The notes under the pieces: model-generated
What the model was told of the DNA's origin: nothing
What the model saw: the letters and a program-made list of their open reading frames with translations, nothing else
Database searches by the model: none
In this document: piece by piece, positions 16,488 to 29,900 of the stretch
How positions within the stretch are numbered: position 1 is the stretch's first letter
Layout of the letters: the number at the start of each line of letters is the position of its first letter
Assembly (NCBI RefSeq): GCF_009914755.1
Contig: NC_060929.1
DNA: 64,000 nt
Reading direction: 5' to 3' (one strand)
Source: the human T2T-CHM13v2.0 reference genome, Homo sapiens
Translations under genes and position numbers: made by a program

Positions 16488-18234
16488 TCATTCAAGGGGT
16501 TCTGGGTCTGTAAACTGGCTCAAGTCTGGAAATTGATTGAGGGGCCATGATTCTCTGTTTTTATAGTTCAAATTAGTCTTTTGTCCATTCGACCTAGAAG
16601 TATTCTGCTTATATAAATTAAGTAGGAATGCTGTAGGTGTACTATCAATTTCACTTCTAGGAACACCATGATTAATTAGCCAATGCCAGAGTTCTACAGG
16701 AGTCAGACTATTCTGATTGCTGCTTTGCCTCTGCTTTCCATTATGATAGCTATGCCCACCTTGCCTTTGAGGGTTGAGTGCCACCACTTGGCCTCTGCTC
16801 CTTCAGGATCTAATTATTCCAACTGTATTTAAATTTTGTAGTTGAGTGACTCTGGTTCCCACTGTTAGATCTGACATACGGAGAGAAGCAATTACAGGCC
16901 TCTTCAAAGATGCAGGTGCTGCCCTCACAAATCTATTTTGCAAGGCATTGGTCAAGGGTATATCTTCTGGACTCTCCAACCTGGGATGAGTAGGTCTAAA
17001 ATGACTAATCCATGCCACCATCCCAGTCTCCCTAAGCCTTTGGATCCCTTCCTCTACATTAAACTAAGGGAGATCAGGCATTTCCAGCTTGCTCACAGTG
17101 GGCCATCTTTTAATCTATATTTCAGCTAACCAAGCAAATAAACTATTAGAACCTTTTGTAACTCCCTGAGCTGCAACATTAAATGCAGAGTCCCTTCCTA
17201 CTTAGTGGGCCCAGATCAATAAATTCAGCCTGATCTAACTCTATGTTCCTTCCACCATTATCCCACACCCTTAATATCCATTCCTATGCCTGTTCCACAG
17301 ATTTCTGTTTATGTAAATTAGAAAACTCAAGCAGTTCTTTTCAAGTGTAGCATACGTCCTCGTGGGTTACACACTCAACCTCCCCTCTAGGGGCCCACCA
17401 GGACTTTAGTCTAGTTGTAGGTCTAGAAGCAAACAGGGGTGCTGGGGGTGGCTCCTGAGGAGAATCAACATTATCTTGCCTGGCAACTGCCTCAGGGGAG
17501 GCCATCACCATTGCCTCAGGCAGTGCAGGGTTTATCTCCTCAGAGAAGGGTGGAAAGGCTGATGGCAGCATGGATCGGGGAGGGGATGTTGCCACTGCTG
17601 GGATGGGGAAGTTGTTTCTTCTGGGAAAAAAGTTTCATCAGAGTTTATAAACTCAGTGTCCCCAGTGTTATCCGGGTCCTCCACGCATACCTATTTCAAG
17701 TTGCAGGGTTCCATTCTTTTACAGTCAATGCCCTCACTTTAACAGTAGACACCTGGCGAGGCTGTGCATGCACCTTTCTTTACAGATCAGCCACTCGCAT
17801 GATAAGAGCTTGTGTCTATTTTTCTGCAATTTCAGCTTTTTCTCTACAGGAGATAAGACTCTCACTCAGGGCAATCTTAGCAGATTTGAGGCTCAGTAGC
17901 TGCAGCTGAAGCCAGGAGACAGAATCCCTGAGTTCATCATTTTCTTTCATCACTTTGTCCACTGAACTTAGGAGCAACCAAGTAACTTCATTATGTTCCT
18001 TGGTTCTCCGCATATGCTCAAAGGTATTACATATAGAGTCACGAACTCCTTGCCTCTCATGAGTGGTGAATCAGAAGTGTTAAATACATTTATTTTGCAT
18101 AAGTCTCTAAACAGTTCATGCCAAAGACTATCAGTGTTCTCTATACTATTTGAAGTAGAGTTCTTACCATTTTGGGGCCTAATCATATTAAGCAGCCAAC
18201 TCCAGAAACCCCAAAACCAACGAAAGAACTCCAT
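16488..18234 (-). pseudogene. gag: HERV-L gag, decayed
   Basis: Fragments FWGFWSWLLNMIRP..., PEDIPLTNALQNRFVRAAPASLK and LWHWLINHGVPRSEID between PBS and protease. Confidence 0.8.
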
Positions 18235-18258
18235 CCTTAATATTCTGTTCCTCTAGAA

Positions 18259-18273
18259 CCACTCCCGGTACCA
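18259..18273 (-). promoter_or_regulatory. Primer-binding site, tRNA-Leu
   Basis: The - strand reads TGGTACCGGGAGTGG just inside the 5' LTR, complementary to the tRNA-Leu(TAA) 3' end ...CCACTCC(C/T)GGTACCA. Confidence 0.85.
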
Positions 18274-18278
18274 AAATC

Positions 18279-18729
18279 TGTATTAGTCAGGGTTCTGTAG
18301 AGGGACAGAATCAATGGAATGGATATATGTATATGTATATAAATGGGAATTTATTAAGTATTAACTCATATGATCATAAAGTCCCACAACAGGCCATCTG
18401 CAAGCTGAGGACCAAGGAGAGCGAGTCTGAGTTCCAAAACTGAAGAACTTGGAGTCTGATATTTGAGGACAGGAAGCATCCAGCACAGGAGATAGATGTA
18501 GGCTGGGAGGCTAGGCCAGTCTGGTCTTTTCACATTTTTCTGCCTGTTTTATATTCTAGCCATGCTGGCAGCTGATTAGATGTTGCCCACTCAGACTAAG
18601 AGTGGGTCTGCCTTTCCCAGCCCACTGATTCAAATGTTAGTCTTTGGCAACACCCTCACAGACACACCCAGGATCAATACTTTGTATCCTTCAATTCAAT
18701 CAAGTTGACACTCAGTATTAGCCATCACA
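18279..18729 (-). repeat. 5' LTR, MLT2A1/A2 (promoter LTR)
   Basis: Second LTR copy. TATAAAA on the - strand at 18547-18553. Confidence 0.93.
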
Positions 18730-19399
18730 AATAATTTCAGATTTTATTTTTTCCCATGCTACAATTACTCATCCATTGATTTAATATTTTTCACCAAATG
18801 ATTATTGATTATAATATGCCAGGAAAAGTGTTGGGTGCTAGACAGAATAACAAATAATGCAGATATAGATTCTTTCTTGGCAGAGATTACAGTTTAGTAA
18901 GAAAGGCAAAAAATAATTAGTTCCATTAGTTCCAACGGCCAACTGAAAACAATAAAAATGCCAAATAATTTTTTAAAAAATATTTCAAATATCATATTGA
19001 ATGAAGATAAACATAAATTAAGAAATGTTCAAAAGCCCAAATCAGAGTGAGAGCGGGAAATCAAAAAGGCAGCTGTTCTCCTAATGGGGCTCCTATTTTG
19101 GGCTATCTTCTGGACCCTGGTGACTTTTGCTGAACTCATGTGATATGCAGGCTGGAGAAAGCCAAGATAGTGAGCCTCAAAGGTGACCCAGCTTACAACT
19201 GTGTCCCCAAAGGCTATGCCATCAGACTAAGTGTAAGCTAGGAATGGGACAAACACTCAGAAGGGAACTTTTAAAAAAAAGTCTATCTCTGTTTGCCTAG
19301 AGAGAAAGAAAAAATCTCTCTACCATTTAAAACCAAAAGTTAGTCCTTCTATGGGTTTGTAGCACAAAGCCTCACTACACAGAAACCAGAGAAATCCAA

Positions 19400-20975
19400 A
19401 TGAAAAGGAGATAATATTTCCCAGACATTAAATTGGCAAAATTTAAATCTGTTGGCAACAGGCACTGCCATAAACATGATGAAATAGAGCTGCTATGGAA
19501 TGGTGGTAATACTGAAAACTGGGATACCCACTTCAGAGAGCATAAAGTTAGTACTTGTTAAAATTGAAGATGCCTATATTCCATGATGGAAATTCTGTAT
19601 CTAGAGATATATCCTTGAAAAGAACTTCACATATGTGAATAAGGTAACTTACGCTAGGTTATTTATTGCAGTACTGCTTATAATAGGAGAAAAATAGAAT
19701 AATTCAACTGTTATCAGAAAGAAAATAAAGAGTGGCTTAAACACATGATGGAATAATACAGAATAAAACAATCAAAGAAAAAAGTGAGTGTATGTGTGTA
19801 TGTATATATATATATATATAAATGTGGATAAAACAGAATATCGAGAGAGAAAAGATAAGTCAAAACAGGGCAAAGTATATGGTTTATGTAAATGAATATA
19901 TTGTTTATGGATACATACACATGAAGTGAAACTATAAAATACACTGGTAATTGATGCACCACAAATTCAGAACGGGAGAAGTGGGGAGAGAAAAAGATGC
20001 TTAAGACGTATCTATAAGACATAGTTTTTCTACAAAACGAAAAGCATAATGATGCAAAGATGGCAAAATACTGCCATCTGTTAATATTATTATTATATTA
20101 TTTTGGTGTTTTCTGAATATTTTAAATATTTTATTATTAAATGTAAAATTTTGAGAAGAAAATCTGTAACTGACTCTAACCACATTCAGTGATGGAGGAG
20201 AGAACATAATATGATTATTCCAATCAATGCAATATAAACACTTGATAAAATGTGACTCCCACTTGTGATTTTAAACATCTTAGAAATTTAGATATAAATG
20301 AAATTTTCCTTACTATATGAAGATAATCTACTAAAACGCTACAACAAAATTCATATTTCACTGTAAAGTTTAGGAGCACTCTCTCAAGACGATAATGAAG
20401 CCAGGTGCATGCTATCATCCTATCTATTCAAAATTATGTTGTATGTCCTTGTTAACACAAAGGTTAAATTACAATTATAAGAAATAAAAAGGAAACAATA
20501 AAATTTTTATTTTGTGCAGATAATCAATTGAACCTAGTGAAAACTTTTAGAACTAAAAAGAATCTGGTGAGGGGATTGGTTATAAGATTACCATACCAAT
20601 ACCAATAGTATTTCTACACAGTAGCTGCTTACTCTAAAATGTAATAAAAAGAGATCCCATTTTCAAAAGCAACAACACTTTACAGTAGCTGACAAAATGT
20701 GTTCAAGAAATTTAATCACATAAAATACATGTGAAAGGTGCAAAAATGACCCAAATAAATAGAAGGCTGTCCCATGATCTTGTACAAAAAGTATAACTAT
20801 CATAAAATTGTTAATTTCTTAAAAGTCAAGTATTGAACAGGGTTTATTATGAAAAATGAGTCTAAGATTTACATAAAATAATCTAAAATACCCAAACTTG
20901 CAGGATAAATTTGAAGAAGAGATGGGTTATGCAAGATGGAAGGAAGTGAGAGGAAAGCAGAGATACATCCTACAC

Positions 20976-21015
<40 letters not shown>

Positions 21016-22330
21016 GTATATATATAGGCACAAGCATAGCAAGTAACCCAATGAAATAAAATGTCAAATCGTGGAAACATGCCAATATTTACATAGGAAA
21101 CTTGGCAGAGGATTGAGATAACACTAAATATAGTGAAGGAAATAATTGATAATTTAGTAAATAGAATTGGTAAAATTAACTCTCCATAAATGTAAGAAAA
21201 TATAGAGGTGAGTTTTGTCTCAAAAAATAAACAAAAATATTTCCTAATGGATTCAGACCAAAATGTGAAAAGTATGTTTCAATACTTTGTATGAATTATT
21301 GAAGACCAAATGTGAAAAGTATGTTTCAATTCTTATTCATATGAATAAGAATGTACATAAAATTACCTTTGTATTTTTGGAATGTAAAAATATTTTAATA
21401 AGGTACAAAAACTAGAATCCACAAAGAAGAAAATTTATAAATTTGCAACATCAAAACTATAACTTCTCTGTGACAAAAACCAACAAACAAAAATATTTTT
21501 AAAGATAAGCCACATATATAAAAAATTATTTTCTATTCCTACCATCACAAAGATTTAGTTATGAAAAATATACAAATGTATCAAATCAGTAAGATATAAG
21601 TAGACTAATGGAAAAAGGAGCAAAGGATTTGAACAGGCAAATTATACAAAAATGAAAACTGAATGGGCATTGCATATTAAAAATGTCCAGCCTTGCAAGT
21701 AATCAGGCTACTACAAATCAATTCGACAATGAAATATACATTGAAATTCATAAATATGCAGAAACTTTAAGTTTAATAATAGTAATATTGGCAAGAATGT
21801 GGGGAAATGCTTTCATATGGTACTTTTAATACCTACAAGCTTTTTGATGAGCAACTTCTTATACTTTTTAGGAAAACTGAAGATGCAGGAATTCCATAGA
21901 GACTCCCCTTTTGTGTATTTACTACAGAAAATGCCTACACACAAGTACAAACATTTTCAAAGAATCTCATTGTGGAATTGCATGTACAAACAGATAATAA
22001 AGATGCCCATCAGTAAACAAATGGCTAAATTATGGTACATTTCTACAATGGATTCCTATATAGCAGTTTTAATGGAACAAACCTACATGCTTTATCTAAA
22101 TATAGATAAATATTATTAATATTATATCAACTGAAATGACAAGCAAATGACACAGGCAGTAAACATTACATAAATCTAAAAATCAATGCTGTGTATCATT
22201 TAACATAAACATTAAAAATGCATGCAGATGAAGGGAAAAACTAATATCTGAATAGTAGTTATCTTTGTGAAAGGATGAAGGGAAAATAATGGGTTGAGAG
22301 AAAAATGCTTCAGCTATACGTTGTTTTAAA
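19400..22330 (+). mobile_element. Ancient L1M/L1ME-type ORF2 and 3'-end fragments (boundaries approximate)
   Basis: Decayed L1 phrases such as GGAAAAAGGAGCAAAGGATTTGAACAGGCAA and AAATTATGGTACATTTCTACAATGGATTCCTATATAGCAG. Confidence 0.65.
20972..21026. repeat. (CA)n(TA)n microsatellite
   Basis: About 19 CA units followed by TA repeats. Confidence 0.95.
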
Positions 22331-22625
22331 AGCAAAACAATTTTAGCTGCCATGAATTCTAGGGAAAAGAAAACGATAAAATGAAACAAAAGAGATGAAG
22401 GAAATATAACAAACGAAAACCTTTATGTATTAAATATTAAATAAATCATGGGTTTCTGGTGAATTATTTTAATTTTTATTCAATTCATAATTAAAAATAA
22501 AGAATACATAGTAAAAATTAAAAAGCAATCATTACAATCAATTGTAATGACAGTTACAATACAGAAAATACAGACTAATAGGAAAACTAACAGTAGTCAA
22601 GCCTGAAATAATCTACACAATTATG

Positions 22626-24245
<1,620 letters not shown>

Positions 24246-24416
24246 AACAGCATCCTAGTAGAATCTCCTATCTGGAGGATGGATTGAGTCAGCAACATGA
24301 AGGGGTCCTTAAAGAGCCACAGGGAAAGAGGGTTCAGGCAGAAGAAATGTCAGGTATGAAATACCTAATGTAAGAAAAATCAAGAATTCAATTAAGTAAG
24401 AGTCAAATATTCCTGA

Positions 24417-24475
24417 AGCAGCATTTCTTAAACTTGGCTGACCATTAGAATCACCTGGGGAGCTTTAAAACTTCT
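24417..24475. mobile_element. MER5-like hAT-Charlie DNA transposon fragment
   Basis: CAGCATTTCTTAAACTTGGCTG...TTAGAATCACCTGGGGAGCTTTAAAA resembles a MER5 end. A possible other end lies near 24880-24950. Confidence 0.5.
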
Positions 24476-25670
24476 ACCAGGCTTTCTCAAACCTTGAGGA
24501 TTTTTTTTTAATGCAGATTCTTATTTGCAGAATCCTACTGAATTCTGACCTAAACTCAGTATTTAAAATATCAATAATAGTCTTATAGAATAGCAACAAT
24601 TATAAAAAGCAATAAAAGAGGTTCTATTTTAAAAAATGACATATTTCACAATATCTAGGAATAAATCTACAATATATGTTGAAGAACAATATCTAAGGAT
24701 AAGTCTAACAATATTTGTTGAAGAACTTTAGTCACAAAATTATATAAGATACCAGACATATGCAAAAGTGGCCTGAATAAACAGAGAGCTATTCTATGAA
24801 CTTGAATGAAAATGTTAAATACCACAGAGGTGTCAATTTCCTGAAAGTCTTGTATCCAACAAGATTATTGGCATTGTGCCCTGGATTCTGCTTCTCTAAT
24901 AAATTTTGGATGATGCCACTACTATTGGTTCACATAGCAAGACTACAGTGTAGGGATGTATGTGTGTTTGTAGGTGGAGAGAGGAGAGGTGTAAGTTTGG
25001 CTGTAGAAAGTATCAGGAGATGGAAGATGGAAAAATGAAAGAAATATACACAAAAGTATGGATAAAGAGCCATAATGTATGTAACTTCCCCTTACATTGT
25101 TCTGAAAAACAGTTGTGTGTGTAACAGGAGAGAGAGAGAGAGACAGAGGGAAAGAGGGGGAGGAGAGGGGAAAATGGGAGGGAGAAAGAGAGAGAAGCAA
25201 ATAGGATAAAATGTTATCAATAAATCAACTTGAATAAACAGTAAAAAAAAATGAGAAAAATGAAGTATTGGGGGAATTCTTGAAGCATTTCAAACCAAGA
25301 AATGCTATGAGCAAATTTTTGAGAAACAGCACTGGGCTACCGACAGTGTGAGAGACTGGATAGGGGAGGGATGAGTGAGAAAAGTGGAAGTATTCAGGAC
25401 ACATTTAGCAGAATTTAGGTGAAAGATAATGGCCAGGGTTAAAGCACGGTAGGATAGATTTTAAGCACCATTATGACTCTGTATTCACTTTCATTGAGGT
25501 TTTCCTTGTACAAGTTCTTCAGACACAGTTAATGATTTTTGTTCAAGCTTTTATTATAAAGAGAACGAGTTTAGTAGATAAGAGATAGTATTTTTGAATA
25601 AAAATTAAACAGCATGACATCTTTGTTACTCTGAGATGTTTTTGTTTTGTGGCTTTTGCTGTTCCATTTT

Positions 25671-25818
25671 AAAGGCAGGGCCTTGCTTTGTCACTCAGGC
25701 TGGAGTACAGTGATGACATCATAGCTCACTGTAACCTTGAACACCTGGGCTCAGAGGATCCCCCAGCCTCAGCCTCCCCAGTAGCTGGGATTACAGATAT
25801 GAGCCACCACCCTGGCCA
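25671..25818 (-). mobile_element. Alu monomer (FRAM/FAM-like)
   Basis: CAGGCTGGAGTACAGTG...GCCTCAGCCTCCCCAGTAGCTGGGATTACAG...GAGCCACCACCCTGGCC, single arm. Confidence 0.85.
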
Positions 25819-26299
25819 AAGGTATGTATTTTCTTCCCAACAACTTTCAACATATGTTCCCTTAGGGTGCTCTCACAACCTGTTTTGCCTGGGACAATCC
25901 ACATTGTTCACCTCTTGTCCCAATATAACTACTAATACTGTTTTTTAATTCTTAAAAGTGACATATTTGGAGAGTTTGGCCATTCTTCCTTTAATAAAAA
26001 TATCCATTGTCATGTGCTTTGGTGGATGAAACATTGACTTTTCTCTGGATCAGTTTATTTTAATGGCAGGCACAGTGAGCTTTACACAAAGGAAAGTGTT
26101 CCAGAGTCAGCTAAAGTATGTGTGTTGTGGCAGCAGGCTGTGCTTATCCCTCTACTGCAAAAGTAATTAAGAATGCCTATCCAACTCAGCAGTAGCACCT
26201 TTACATATGACTAGCAACAGCATTTTGTTAGTTTAAGCAATACTCCTAGGTTTTCAAATTCAGTTGATCATGTAGAAACACATTGACTTTACAGCTCTT

Positions 26300-26960
26300 G
26301 CTGAGTATCTCTCCCTTGTTCACTAAGCTCCAAGTGTACCTTCTTCCTGTCTCTCAAACCCATGAAGCTCACTTTTGCCTCAGGAAAGTTTTTCAGGCTT
26401 TTCTTCTGCCTGAAAAACTCTTCTTATATTTTCATCTGCTCTCAGCCTTCTCATTATTTGTCTCAGCTCAAGCATTCACTCCTCAATAGACTTTCCTTAA
26501 TAACCTTTTCTAACTTACATCCAGGAACTCTTTTCCCATTTCCATGTTTTATTTTCTTTACAGCTGTTTACAATGAATGAAATTCATATTCATTTTTCTT
26601 ACATTTAATCAAATTGCTTTTTGACATATTTATTGTCACTCTCTCCCATTACAATGTAACTGTCATGACAGTAGGAACCTTGTCATATCTTAACCACCAT
26701 ACAGCCTGTGTGTACTACATTGCCTGATTCAGAGTATGCATTCAATGAACATTAAAACGAATGAATTTATCCCAGCATTACCATTTACAAACAATGTGAA
26801 TTTAGGTAAGTCATTTAACATTCCTGAGGCTCAATTTTTTAAGTTTGTAAATTGATGATAATAATATTTGGTTGCAATAATTTAAAAATAATATTTCAAT
26901 TAACACAATTTTCATTTAAGGTAATGTATACTATGTGTTGAGTAAATAGTAGTCATTTTT
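26300..26960 (+). mobile_element. L2 3' end followed by MIR
   Basis: ...GCATTCAATGAACATTAAAACGAATGAAT (L2 tail), then GTGAATTTAGGTAAGTCATTTAACATTCCTGAGGCTCAATTT (MIR core). Confidence 0.6.
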
Positions 26961-29900
26961 TATTAGTGCCTATAGGCAAGAGGAACATCCCACTTCCCAA
27001 CCATTGTGGCATCACAGCTTGAAAATGCAGGATATATAGAATAGATTTACAAAAAATCCTGACTATTATGTATTTCATTTGGATATAATAGCTTTTGCAA
27101 TTTTAGAGAATGGCCAATCTCATTTTCAGATAGCTGTCTGTATGATATTTTTATGACATTTTGTTATATTAAAGGTAAGAGCATTCAGATGAAAGAATAA
27201 TCTTTCTGATTACCTTATTGGAATTTCTCAAATTTTCTGCATGTTATTTTTATCTTCTTTTTGAAAAGAGTCAAAAAAATTCTTCCTACATGTAGGCTGA
27301 CAAAACTTCAATGAGAACCCTCACAAGTCAACCCCCTGTGCAGAAACAGAACCACCTGGAAAGAGAACCTCAAGTCTGGGAACCACAGCTACACAGAATT
27401 AGCAAAGACCTATGAAATCTGTCAAAAATGGTTTCCCCAGAAATGGTGATTTGAACTATGTTCTGAAAAATCCTGCATTTTACACTGAAGTGTTGAGATA
27501 AAATTTGACTTCCGTGTGGACAGGGGTAAAACTGGTATCCCTGCTTTCTTTTGTGTAGGGGCCTCATATTACTGACCCGTTTATAACAAACTTCCCAATG
27601 AACAGTCACCAGGGAGCACGATTTACAAGAAAGTGGATAATTCATTCTTTCAAATCAATCCAAACTGCTTTTATTTTTAAGGAGAAAAATAGAAAAATTT
27701 CTGCAGGCTTTATAGAATGGGAATCTAACTTAATGTTGCTTTGAAAGTAGGCCACAGCACTTTAGTTTCTGAGGACTGTTTTTATTATTTTTAGGAATAT
27801 TATAAAGACTAATAATGCTCATTAAATTCAAGCATTCAGACGCATTTTAATGAGTTGTTTTATTCAAATGTATTCAGAATAGAGAACATTATTTGCTTGG
27901 CTAAGACAGGGACAGATGAAGAATGTAAGGCAATAAATAGGAAAGCATTATGAGGTATTTCACAGAAAACACTTATGTAGTATTGTAAGTTATAATACTT
28001 AAAATTTTGAATTATATAATGAAGTTTAATGAAACTGAAAGCAACCATTAATACATTATAAATATGTAAAGTATAATGATAATGAAATTCAAAACACGAC
28101 CAAAATAACCTCAGGAAGTCAAGCTAATGAAAAAGAAATATCCTTTTTATAGGAGCATTTAAATATGTGTAATTTAGGTAAAAAGGAGAATTTAATTGTT
28201 TCAGTAAATATAATTAGATGTATCATATATATGCAACTTATGGAAATAGAAATATATAAATGGGTAGTTAATATTCCATGTGATTAATGTAAAAGTGTTA
28301 AATCCACAAATTACATACTTATGCTTTTAACCTAATCAACTTTATGTAATTAATTTTTGTGACGAGTATAATAGATTTGGGTGCATTTCATAATTACTAC
28401 TAATTTCAATATCATTTTACATACTCATTATGCTCTTTTTCACCCTTCAAAGATATTTCATAGTAATTCCTTCTACTCATATGACTTTAAAAGACTAAAA
28501 TTCATTTTACCTTAAGAAATTAAGTGTCCACAGCGAAAAATAGAGCATCGTCATTTATAGCAGGTAGGGCTGTGTATGGAGCATCACATTGAAAAGGAAG
28601 TCAATGTCCCTATGTCCCAGTCTCAGGCTTGCTGTGCCTTCAGTGTATGAAGCCAAGTATGCACCTTCTTTGATTTAAATTTCCTCACCTGAGATAAGGG
28701 AATAAATTAGGAGATCCTAAATTCTCCTTTGACTCTCTCAAGGTTCTATTGTAATAGCATCTTAAAATGTGAGTGTACCCCCCAGTTTTATCCATGGAGA
28801 TGGATTTGCAACGATAAGCTGTAGAGGAAGTTGTGATGCTTCACTGTGTCTTTTAGAATATCAAAGGGTCATTACCACAAACTTCAAAAAGAAAAATATG
28901 TAGAACTGAAAGCTTAGGAGCTCAGCCATTCTATAATACTGTTGGAAGAACTGATGTGGATGTAAACTTTTCCTGCCCAAAGTCACATAGCCATGGAAGA
29001 CAGCATTAGAACTAGAGCCCAGTTCTCTTGACTCAGCAATATAGAAAGAATAAAATATCTTCTGTTCAATCTGTATGTATGAATATCACCATTTTTGGTG
29101 GGATCCTTGAGGGAACTGTTTTTAAAAGCAAAAAATAATGTGCATCTACGAGTGAAAGCTAAGAACAACTCTTAAGTGTGCATTTGTCATCTCTTTTCTT
29201 GGAATTACTAAATTTTACTTGAAACTATAACAATTATTTAATTATGTAAATGATCCATATGTTTCACAAATGTTTTTACCATATAATCTGTGGTTACATT
29301 AAAGCCAAATTTTTTCTTTATTTTTCTGTACTCGATGACAAATATATAACTTATTTTAGAATGTTTATATGGTGATATGAGGAATTTCCTCCCTTCTTCT
29401 CTTCCTTCCCTATAAATGTATAGACAATCTCCAACGTGAGAAAATTTTTGCCAGGTACTGAGGATATGGGAATGAACAAAATAGATATGGTTCCTGCCTT
29501 TGTGGATTTTACAAGATAGTGTAGAGATAGGTTGCAAAAATTAATATGTAATTATAATTATGGTATTTTATAAATATGTATATGATACTATAAAAATATT
29601 GAGAACTAATGTAGATTGGTTTGGAGCAATGAGGAGGACTAGCAATTCATGTTTTGAAAAAAATGATGTTGAAGCTGAACTTGCAAAATGAATGTGTGTG
29701 AGGTAAAGCATAAACCTTATAATCAGGGTGTACAAAATACTGGAAAACTTGGATTGGAGAACACCTGTCAGTTTGAATAACTCAATGGAAGGTATGAACT
29801 GAGGAATATTGAATGAGAGAATATGGCTAAGATGAAGCTGAAAAACTGGCGCTGAACTATTTTTACTCTGAAATATCATGGTATCATAAAGCTAATTCTT

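Larger units (their letters stand above)
12194..18729 (-). mobile_element. Full-length HERV-L (ERVL) provirus with two MLT2A LTRs
   Basis: Direct-repeat LTRs with TG...CA ends, 5-bp TSD AATAA (12189-12193 and 18730-18734), internal gag/pol/dUTPase remnants, no env. Confidence 0.96.

Noticed and set aside
27296-27530. Possible exon after TTCTTCCTACATGTAG
   Set aside because: The acceptor is plausible, but the donor is weak and there is no recognisable coding frame.
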